Under the pieces are notes generated by a model, which did no database searches, was not told the origin of the DNA, and was given only the letters and a program-made list of their open reading frames with translations. DNA of 64,000 bases from NCBI GenBank assembly GCA_963735035.1, contig CAVTJJ010000004.1, positions 800,001 to 864,000 of the forward strand, given 5' to 3'. This stretch comes from an uncultured candidate division Zixibacteria bacterium (GTDB taxonomy: Bacteria > Zixibacteria > MSB-5A5 > GN15 > FEB-12). Shown piece after piece: positions 50,295-58,164 of this stretch (position 1 is its first letter; every line of letters begins with the position of its first letter). The translations under genes were made by a program, and so were the position numbers.

Positions 50295-51326
50295 CTAAGT
50301 TCACAAACGAAGTGCAACACCTGTTAAAGGTGTTGTCATGGAACGAACATATGCACAGATCAGTCTTGAAGAGCGGTGTGAGATTGCCCGCTTATGTGGC
50401 TCGGGGCGCTCGATTCGGCAAATTGCGGCAGCTTTGGATCGCGCGCCATCGTCCATTGCTCGGGAGATAACGCGAAATCGCAGCCGACAAAGCGGTTACC
50501 TGCCCGCCTGTGCCAACGACCAGAGCCGTGCCCGGCGTTGGACCGGCTCCAAATTGGATCGCCGTCCAGAACTGCGCGACATGGTAGTGATGGGACTATC
50601 TAATGGTTTGTCTCCGGAGTTGGTCGCGGGAAGGCTGGCCGTGGAGATGGGCCGGAAGGTGATTTCCTACGAAACGATCTACCGGTTTATCTACGCGCAG
50701 ATCGCCCGTACTAAGGATTACACTTGGCGGTACTTACTGATCCGTGGCCGAGCCAGACGTAGCTGGCGAGGGTGCAAGAGAGGTCGGTCGACGTCGTCTA
50801 TAGCCCTGCGGGGCCCTATCTCCGCGCGGCCGAAGAGCGCCAAGAGCCGGAAAACACCAGGACACTGGGAAGGTGATCTCATGAACTTCCGAATACCCGA
50901 TCAGAGCGTCCTTGTCCTTCATGAGCGGCGCTCACGCCTGATGATGGGGGTTAAGCTGCCAGCCAAAGATGCCGCCTCGGTTGCTAAGGCCATGTGCACT
51001 CTCCTGGCACCCTTGCCGCACGCGTGGCGACAGACCATCACCTTCGATAACGGCCCCGAGTTCGGCCAACACTACCAACTCCATGACCACGGTATCGAGA
51101 CCTACTTCTGTAACACCTACTCACCCTGGCAGAAAGGTGGCGTTGAAAATGGAATCGGTCGCCTCCGACGAGTACTGCCTCGCCATACCGACCTGACCAA
51201 ACTCTCGCCGAGACGGTTCGCAGACTTCTTTCAAATCTACAATAACACGCCTCGAAAATGCCTGGACTTCCTCACTCCAGCCGAGTTCTTTTGGCTCGAA
51301 CTGTTGCACTTCAAATGTGAATCCAG
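50295..51326 (+). mobile_element. IS30-family insertion sequence
   Basis: Imperfect 25-bp TIRs CTAAGTTCACAAACGAAGTGCAACA and CTGGATTCACATTTGAAGTGCAACA (reverse complement of the right end), 19/25 identical. Confidence 0.85.
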
Positions 51327-51336
51327 CCCCGCCTGA
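50338..51336 (+). CDS. IS30-family transposase
   Basis: HTH RSIRQIAAALDRAPSSIARE.RN; HWEGD, TFDNGPEF, PWQKGGVEN; stop codon lies just beyond the right TIR. Confidence 0.95.
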   Translation: MERTYAQISLEERCEIARLCGSGRSIRQIAAALDRAPSSIAREITRNRSRQSGYLPACANDQSRARRWTGSKLDRRPELRDMVVMGLSNGLSPELVAGRLAVEMGRKVISYETIYRFIYAQIARTKDYTWRYLLIRGRARRSWRGCKRGRSTSSIALRGPISARPKSAKSRKTPGHWEGDLMNFRIPDQSVLVLHERRSRLMMGVKLPAKDAASVAKAMCTLLAPLPHAWRQTITFDNGPEFGQHYQLHDHGIETYFCNTYSPWQKGGVENGIGRLRRVLPRHTDLTKLSPRRFADFFQIYNNTPRKCLDFLTPAEFFWLELLHFKCESSPA

Positions 51337-51450
51337 AGCGGGGCAAGACAGGAAGTAGACGAAGGGTACGAACACGAGTCGGCAGATGTGGACCCCGGAT
51401 CAAGTCCGGGGCAGGCTTTGCCGGGCACGTTTATACAGGAAGAGACTGAT

Positions 51451-51831
51451 ATGACAAATGCACCTGAACATTCCACCGTAGCTGTCCTGGGGGCATCGCC
51501 GAAGGAAGACCGCTATTCATTCAAGGCGGTGCGCATGCTCAAAGAACATCACCACCGCCCGATCCCAGTCCATCCGGCCGGGCATACGGTCGATGGCATC
51601 CCCGGCTTGAAATCGCTCGAGGATATCCGGGTGCCCGTGCACACGGTCACCTGCTATGTCAACGCCGCGATATCAGACGGAGAGTTTGACCGGATCGTCG
51701 CGCTCAAGCCACAGCGGGTGATATTCAATCCCGGCGCCGAGAACGAGAATCTGGCGGTGCGTCTTGAAGCTACCGGAATCGAAGTGGTCCGGGCCTGTAC
51801 TCTGGTGATGTTGCGCACCGGGCAGTTCTGA
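51451..51831 (+). CDS. CoA-binding protein (YccU-like)
   Basis: VAVLGAS....RYS, PVHP, VIFNPGAEN, ACTLV. Confidence 0.88.
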   Translation: MTNAPEHSTVAVLGASPKEDRYSFKAVRMLKEHHHRPIPVHPAGHTVDGIPGLKSLEDIRVPVHTVTCYVNAAISDGEFDRIVALKPQRVIFNPGAENENLAVRLEATGIEVVRACTLVMLRTGQF

Positions 51832-51894
51832 GGTGATCACTTTCTGGTGGCCCACCCGCTGCTATGTACTGTGTCAAGGGCTTTCTGTTCAGGC

Positions 51895-52070
51895 ATAGGA
51901 CTCGAACCAGTCTGCTATTCGTGGTCGCTGACTGGCAGCGCCACAGGCAATGTATCCGCTCGTGACCTGGCGAGGCAGGCAGACTTGCGGACGTGGTCTC
52001 GGTTGGCCCGAGCCACAGCGGGTGGGTCGCTGTTCTCGCGTTAGCTTGGTACGGTTCCGACTCCTTGGTT
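51895..52070 (-). ncRNA. Candidate bridge/seek RNA of the IS110 element
   Basis: Closing stem plus two isomorphic loops whose flanking segments match the target and the donor end. Confidence 0.75.
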
Positions 52071-52073
52071 ATC

Positions 52074-53132
52074 TTAGGCGGCCGCACACGGCTCATAGGC
52101 AACGTTATCAAGCAGAACCCGCCTGACTGCCAAGACCAGTCGTCGAGCTACCGCCACTATGGCTCGTTTGCCGCCGGCACGTTGCTTGATCCGGTTATAG
52201 ACCAGTTGTAAGTGTGGGTCCTTCCGAACGGCAATCCAGGACGATTCCACTAACAAGCCCCGAAGATAGCTGTTGCCCGTGCCGGTAATCCGACCCATCC
52301 GGACATGATCACCGCTGGAATACTGCGAAGGTGTCAGTCCCACATAAGCCGCCAATTGCTCAGCCCGTCCAAAACGACCGACCTCATGCAATTCCAACAG
52401 CAGAGCCATCGCCGTAATAACCCCTATGCCGGGAACGCTACTTAACAGCCGAACTCGATCACGATACTGTGGCAGTCGTGACAACTCCCGCAACAGTCGT
52501 GTCTGCAACGCCAGCTGGTTACTTACCAGATCGTACATCTCCAACAACCGCTCGTAGCTCGCCTGAGCCCAGACATCTGCCAAACACACCTGTCTCAGAC
52601 GCTCTAATAACGGACCGGTCCACCGACCCGTCCCACTGCACACTGAAATACCATATAAGGCCAACTCCGATTTGATCCGACTCTGAAGACGTACCCGATC
52701 TTGAACCAATTGACGACGACGACGTAAGACCTCTCGGTGACCCCGCTGACTCTCATCCGGAACCCAGACCTTCTTCAACAACCCTAACGACAGCAACCAG
52801 GCCAGCTTCCGGCTATCCCGCTTGTCCGTCTTCACCCGATTACCGTAGGCCATCGGCACCAAGCTCGGCGGCGTTACTACGCACTGACCACCCCACGCTA
52901 CCACACAGTCGTGCAGCCAAAAACCAGAAAAACCCGCCTCGTAAACCACGGACACACACCCAGGATCATACCGATCCAGCAAACACCGCAAAGACGCCCA
53001 ATCCCCGTTAATGCTGCCACAGAACAGTTCCACTTCTAACGTCCTCACCGTGACAAACCACTGACGCTTGTGAACATCCACGCCAACAAAAACAGCACTT
53101 CCCACTTCCGCTCCAACTTCGTACCTTCTCAT
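52074..53132 (-). CDS. IS110-family DEDD recombinase/transposase
   Basis: GVDVH, YEAG, KTDKRD, VPGIG, GLTPSQYSSG, AIVAVARRL; SD AGGAGG. Confidence 0.96.
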   Translation of the reverse strand: MRRYEVGAEVGSAVFVGVDVHKRQWFVTVRTLEVELFCGSINGDWASLRCLLDRYDPGCVSVVYEAGFSGFWLHDCVVAWGGQCVVTPPSLVPMAYGNRVKTDKRDSRKLAWLLSLGLLKKVWVPDESQRGHREVLRRRRQLVQDRVRLQSRIKSELALYGISVCSGTGRWTGPLLERLRQVCLADVWAQASYERLLEMYDLVSNQLALQTRLLRELSRLPQYRDRVRLLSSVPGIGVITAMALLLELHEVGRFGRAEQLAAYVGLTPSQYSSGDHVRMGRITGTGNSYLRGLLVESSWIAVRKDPHLQLVYNRIKQRAGGKRAIVAVARRLVLAVRRVLLDNVAYEPCAAA

Positions 53133-53324
53133 CTCGAGCCTCCTGTTCTAAGGATTTATCGTTGTCTTCAGACCACGATACGATACCTTGTCCGAACAGA
53201 GGCTCAAATCACGAACAGTATCATAGTTACTTGCGGGTGGGGTGAGGTTTCACTTGCATAGAACGCACAGCAAGCTGTGGGGTACCAGGCATTTCATTGC
53301 GAATGGGGACGCATCCTCGTCCGC

Positions 53325-54035
53325 CTAGGTCTCGTCGTGATCCAGCCAGGTTAGCTTGGACATTTTGGCCTTGATGGCCACCGTCGCGGTGTCGACCATT
53401 TCTTCCACATCCATAAGGGCGGAGTTGAGAATCAGGTCGTAGTGATGCGGATCGTCGATGTTGTGGTTAAACAAATGCGCGACAAACTTGCGCCGGTCGG
53501 CATCAGATGCTTCGATCGACCGCTCGGCTTCCACCGGAGAAATCTGTTTGTACTTGACCAGGTTCTCGATCCGCTTGTCACGCGGGCAAACCACGCGAAG
53601 GTGAAAACCGCGCTGCGGTCCGAGGATGAAACTCCCGCCGCGTCCCATCAGCACCACGCCGCCGAGCTGCGACATCGACAGCACCGTTTGGCACAGGTGC
53701 TGGCCGTAGTCGCTGTAGTCGACCGATTGTCCCGTGAGAATTGTCTCGGCGAGTAGTTCGATCCGTCCGCGAAAGCGATCGTCGATCGATTCGATAATTC
53801 GTTTGCGAAGCCCCGATGATCGGCAGATCATGTCGATGGCTTCCCGATGCAGGCGCTGATAGCCGAGGCGTGAAGCGAGGCGCGATCCGAAATAGGAACC
53901 GCGACTGCCGGTCTGACGGCTGACCGTAATAATCGGCGCCGGATGAGGGCGACCCTGGATGGCCGGTTCGGTCTCTTTCTTCTCAAGTTCCCACTTGAGA
54001 AGCTGTCGATTTATGATGGCTTCTATCGAGGTCAT
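53325..54035 (-). CDS. Cytidylate kinase-like family protein
   Basis: ITVSRQTGSRG, VLMGRGG, D..R..F, YDLILN; SD AGGAGG. Confidence 0.85.
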   Translation of the reverse strand: MTSIEAIINRQLLKWELEKKETEPAIQGRPHPAPIITVSRQTGSRGSYFGSRLASRLGYQRLHREAIDMICRSSGLRKRIIESIDDRFRGRIELLAETILTGQSVDYSDYGQHLCQTVLSMSQLGGVVLMGRGGSFILGPQRGFHLRVVCPRDKRIENLVKYKQISPVEAERSIEASDADRRKFVAHLFNHNIDDPHHYDLILNSALMDVEEMVDTATVAIKAKMSKLTWLDHDET

Positions 54036-54160
54036 GGGCAGTACCTCCTGAGTAAAATATAGCGGATTGTTGAAAGTAGGCAACAACCTTGTAGAGTGCC
54101 ATTCCTGCCAATCTTGACACTTCACTCCCGGCTTTGGCCGCGCTATATTCCGGCAGCTCT

Positions 54161-55108
54161 ATGACTGAAGAACGTTTGCCCAAGCTCGATTTCGCGGTCG
54201 ATAAGGATTTTGCTCAAATCCTTACCAACCCGTTTATGGATATTGCCGCCCGGTTCTGGGACGAACCCCGCTACGAGGCGTTCCGGGTCTGCTATCGCAG
54301 CATGAGGCGGATTGACGATCTGGTAGACGACCGCAAGGTAGTTGGGGCTCCGCTCGGCGAAAGCGAACGCGTCCAGTATTTGGCAGCGATGAATCTCTGG
54401 TTGGACGTTGTCCGAAGCGGCCAGGCAACCGACGACTACACCCGCGAGCTGCTCGCTACCGTGCGTACGTTCTCCATTCCACTCTGGCCCTGGGAGCGGC
54501 TCTGCCGGGCGATGACCTATGATCTCGAGCATGACGGGTTTCGCAGCTATCGTACTTTCCTGAGATACTGTGAAGGGGCCGCGATAGCGCCGGCATCGGT
54601 CTTTGTGCATCTATGCGGGGTGGAGGAAGTGACTGAGGGGGTATTTCGCGCTCCTACTCTTGATATTCGACGGACCGCCCGACCACTGGCACTGTTTGCC
54701 TACCTGGTGCATATCCAAAGAGATTTCGTAAAAGATCAACTTCGAGGCCTGCATTATTTCGCCGACGATCTGATCGCAGCCAATGGGTTGACTCGTCAGG
54801 ATCTTCGCCACGCCGCCGAAACCGGCCGATTGACCTCGAATTTGCGCGCTTTGTTCGGTCGGTACCGTACCCTCGCGGGCTACTATCGGCGACAGTCCCG
54901 ATTAGTACTTGATAGGTTACCGGGTTCGGTGGCGCCGAGATATCGCCTCAGCCTGGAAGTCATTTACGGACTGTATGGCCTCGTCTTTGACCGGATCAAT
55001 CCGGATTCAGGTAGTTTCTCCGGTCGGGAACTGACGCCTTCTGCCGAGGAGATCAGAGAGCGGTTACAGAGCATAATTTCTGCCTTCAAGGCCGGCAATG
55101 ACTTGTAG
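54161..55108 (+). CDS. Squalene/phytoene synthase family protein
   Basis: Y..MRRIDDLVDD, M..DL, YC..AA, HIQRDF..D. Confidence 0.8.
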   Translation: MTEERLPKLDFAVDKDFAQILTNPFMDIAARFWDEPRYEAFRVCYRSMRRIDDLVDDRKVVGAPLGESERVQYLAAMNLWLDVVRSGQATDDYTRELLATVRTFSIPLWPWERLCRAMTYDLEHDGFRSYRTFLRYCEGAAIAPASVFVHLCGVEEVTEGVFRAPTLDIRRTARPLALFAYLVHIQRDFVKDQLRGLHYFADDLIAANGLTRQDLRHAAETGRLTSNLRALFGRYRTLAGYYRRQSRLVLDRLPGSVAPRYRLSLEVIYGLYGLVFDRINPDSGSFSGRELTPSAEEIRERLQSIISAFKAGNDL

Positions 55109-55234
55109 GTAATCCGGAAGAATTCCTCTTCATTTCGGTAACTACTTCGAATAGAGCAACTTTTGGTTGATTCTGACCCTGGGAAAGGGACAGACTCCAA
55201 TAGTGTATAAAGACTTAGAGATGGAAGGTTGGTC

Positions 55235-56590
55235 ATGACAAAGACAGGATTGATCCTACTGGCGGTCGTCGCATCTGCCGGGATAGTATCGGCGGACGAA
55301 CTGGCGGTCACCGTGTACAACAGCAACCTGGGCGTGGTCAGTGAAACGCGCCAACTCGAATTCAGCAAAGGGATGGGCAAGCTGGCGTTCCGCGACGTAC
55401 CCTCGCTGATCGACGCCGCTTCTGTCCGGTTTGAACTGGTTAAGCCCGGGCACAAAGTGGATATTCTCGACCAGAACTATGCCTATGATCTGATTTCCCC
55501 CGGCAAGTTGTACGCGCGGTATCTGGATAGTCAAATAGAGCTGGTCGACAAGCAGGGGGGCCTCTATTCCGGAAAACTGCTCGCGCAGGTAGCTAATTCG
55601 GTGACACTGATGGATGAGTCGGGAAAGGTTAAGGTCATCTCTTTAGACGAAATGGTACAGACCAATTTTCCGGAACTCCCCGAAGGTCTGATTGCCCGCC
55701 CGACCTTGTTCTGGAACTATCTGTCTGATTATTCCGGCAAACTGGATTGCCGCGTCGGGTATCAGACGGTCGGACTGAACTGGGACGCCGAGTACGTCGG
55801 TCTGTTGGACGCCAAGGAGACCAACCTGGACTTGTCTGGATGGGCATCGATTGATAACAATTCCGGCAAGACGTACAGAGATGCCAAGCTGAAATTGATC
55901 GCGGGCGAGATCAACCGGGTCCAACCCACGAGAAAGGGGATGGACGAAGACATGTCAATCAGAGTGATGGGGTCCCCCATGGCGGCGGGGTTTGAAGAGA
56001 AGAGATTTTTCGAATACCACATGTACACGTTGCCTCGGACGGCTACGTTAGCTGACAACGAAAACAAGCAGATTTCCCTGTTCGAACCGGCCTCGACTAC
56101 GGTCAAGAAAGTATATTATTACCGCCCGGAACGGAGCGCGACCGACGTGCAGGTGGTAGTGGAATTTGTCAATTCAACCCAGACCGGTTTGGGGATGCCT
56201 CTGCCTGCGGGGCGGGTCAGGCTGTTCAAGGCCGACAGCGACGGCTCCCTGATTCTCCTCGGCGAAGATCAAATTGATCATACCCCCAAGGATGAGAAAA
56301 TGTCCCTGACAGTTGGCACTGCTTTCGACATCAAGGGCGAGGAGACGTTGGTGAATCAGACTCAGGTCTCCAAAAAGGTCGAGGATAGGGAGTTCAATTT
56401 GGAGTTGCGCAATCGCAAGGCGGAAGACGTCACGATTAAGATAGAAAAGGTCCTCTGGGGATTCTGGGAGATAACCCAGAGCACTCACGAGTATAAGAAG
56501 AAGGACGCCAATACGATCACGTTCGAAGTACCGGTGAAGGCCGATAGCACGGCAAACGTGAAGTATACGGTCAGGTTTACCAACCGGTAG
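55235..56590 (+). CDS. DUF4139/DUF4140-like exported protein
   Basis: VTVYN..LG.V.E.R, W.A.Y, EYHMY.L, LGMPLPAGRVR, GED.IDHTP. Confidence 0.82.
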   Translation: MTKTGLILLAVVASAGIVSADELAVTVYNSNLGVVSETRQLEFSKGMGKLAFRDVPSLIDAASVRFELVKPGHKVDILDQNYAYDLISPGKLYARYLDSQIELVDKQGGLYSGKLLAQVANSVTLMDESGKVKVISLDEMVQTNFPELPEGLIARPTLFWNYLSDYSGKLDCRVGYQTVGLNWDAEYVGLLDAKETNLDLSGWASIDNNSGKTYRDAKLKLIAGEINRVQPTRKGMDEDMSIRVMGSPMAAGFEEKRFFEYHMYTLPRTATLADNENKQISLFEPASTTVKKVYYYRPERSATDVQVVVEFVNSTQTGLGMPLPAGRVRLFKADSDGSLILLGEDQIDHTPKDEKMSLTVGTAFDIKGEETLVNQTQVSKKVEDREFNLELRNRKAEDVTIKIEKVLWGFWEITQSTHEYKKKDANTITFEVPVKADSTANVKYTVRFTNR

Positions 56591-56672
56591 CTTAAGACCG
56601 GTTGACAAGGGTCGGAGCGTCCTTTAGATTCGGGCAGTTTTTGAGATGGTGGTTGTGTCTAGGAGGTTATGA

Positions 56673-58097
56673 GTGAAGACGTTGTTGCGAGTGATAGTAG
56701 TGTCGGCTTTGATCACGGTGGCGGTTTCTACCGTCGTTTCCGCAGAGCAGCGAAAACTGCAACCCGGCACGTATATCTCAACGGTCAAGATCGAGATTCT
56801 CGGCTATGCTGAATCGAAAGAAGTAGCGCGCATAAACCTGGCAATGGCGATGCTGGATTCGCTGTTCATGTACTGGGGGCCTCACCCGGAAGGGTACTAT
56901 TGGTACAGCCAGATCAAGTGGGATCTGGCCAAAGAGAAGGGGAATTTGAAAGAGCGTCTCCCGATTGTCCGTCAGGCCGTCGCTTATGCCGATTCCCTCA
57001 AGTCCAGTTGCGCCAATGATAAGATCAAGAAGCCGTATCGCAAAGGATGCGAGAAGCTTGACGTCCAGATGGACTCCATCCGCGTGGCTGAATGGCGCGA
57101 TTACTACAACGCCGCCATAGGCCAGATCAAGGAAGTTGAGGATCAGGCGGAAGCGGTCAAGGTGGAGAAGGATTCAACGGCTCGCGCGTTTTATCAGACC
57201 CGGCTGGATGCCATCACAGACAGTTGCCAGGACAACATGGAGTTGGCTATTACGATCGACTCTACCGATTCCAGGCCGTTTGTGGGACTGGCGACCATCA
57301 ACGAGAAAGTCGGCAAATTTGATCAGGCTATAGAATTCTTCAAGCGCGGGATGCCGTACGCCGAAGATCGCAACCAGATGCTGATTTCGATCGCATACGA
57401 TTACATTCAGATGAACAAGTATTGCGAGGCAATCCCCTGGTTCACCGAATACGTTGACAGCATGACTTCCAAGACGGCGGTGATGCAGGATCCGACCAAT
57501 CGCGCGGCGGTCGTCGGCACCGCTCAGAACCTGGCCATCTGCTACAACAACTGCAAACAATTCGATAATGCGTACGCCTTGTTCAAACGCATCTTGAGTT
57601 TCGACCCGGAAAATGTCGATGCGTTGGTAGGCGAAGCCAGATATCAGCAGTTCCGTGGACGCGAGTCGGGCGACTCCGCCAAGGCCGCCCGTGAAGGTGG
57701 CCGCGAGAAAGACGCGACGACCTGGCAGCAGGCTCGTGACGCCAGATTTGACTCGGCTCGTGTCGTCCTCAAGCAGGCTTTCGCACTGGCTCCTGAGAAC
57801 GCCGACGTTGCCTCGGAGTACGGTCTGATGTCCGCCATTTTACAGAAATTTGACGAAGCCAAGATCGCATTTGTGCGCGCCTCTCAGCTATCCCCCAACG
57901 ACATCGACAACTGGACCTCGCTCGGCGACTGCAACTTGAGCCTGCGCGCCTGGGCGGATGCCGCTGCGGCGTACGAGCACGTGGTTGAATTGCAGCCGGA
58001 TAGGAAAGCGGTCTGGGAACGCCTCTCGGATCTCTATCAGGAAACCGGCAACACGGCCCGTCGCGAGGAAATTCTCAAGAAATTGAAGTCGATGTAG
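56673..58097 (+). CDS. Exported TPR-repeat protein
   Basis: SD AGGAGG, signal peptide, several TPR-like helix pairs. Confidence 0.8.
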   Translation: MKTLLRVIVVSALITVAVSTVVSAEQRKLQPGTYISTVKIEILGYAESKEVARINLAMAMLDSLFMYWGPHPEGYYWYSQIKWDLAKEKGNLKERLPIVRQAVAYADSLKSSCANDKIKKPYRKGCEKLDVQMDSIRVAEWRDYYNAAIGQIKEVEDQAEAVKVEKDSTARAFYQTRLDAITDSCQDNMELAITIDSTDSRPFVGLATINEKVGKFDQAIEFFKRGMPYAEDRNQMLISIAYDYIQMNKYCEAIPWFTEYVDSMTSKTAVMQDPTNRAAVVGTAQNLAICYNNCKQFDNAYALFKRILSFDPENVDALVGEARYQQFRGRESGDSAKAAREGGREKDATTWQQARDARFDSARVVLKQAFALAPENADVASEYGLMSAILQKFDEAKIAFVRASQLSPNDIDNWTSLGDCNLSLRAWADAAAAYEHVVELQPDRKAVWERLSDLYQETGNTARREEILKKLKSM

Positions 58098-58119
58098 ATC
58101 GCAATCTAATGTGATGTCG

Positions 58120-58150
58120 AAAGGGCTGGCCGTGGGCCGGCCCTTTTCTT
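58120..58150 (+). terminator. Rho-independent terminator
   Basis: AAAGGGCTGGCC-GTG-GGCCGGCCCTTT-TCTT. Confidence 0.75.
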
Positions 58151-58164
58151 ATATAGCACGGGCT

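Larger units (their letters stand above)
51861..53231 (-). mobile_element. IS110-family (IS1111-type) element inserted in a palindrome
   Basis: CT core at 51859-60 and 53230-31, sub-terminal IRs 51862-72 and 53215-26, restored target CCCACCCGC-TT-GCGGGTGGG. Confidence 0.88.

Noticed and set aside
51853..53268. Alternative IS110 boundaries using a CAC core and the CACAGC palindrome at 53266
   Set aside because: This gives only an imperfect target, poorer sub-terminal IRs and no 17-bp junction promoter; the CT-core model also explains the guide matches
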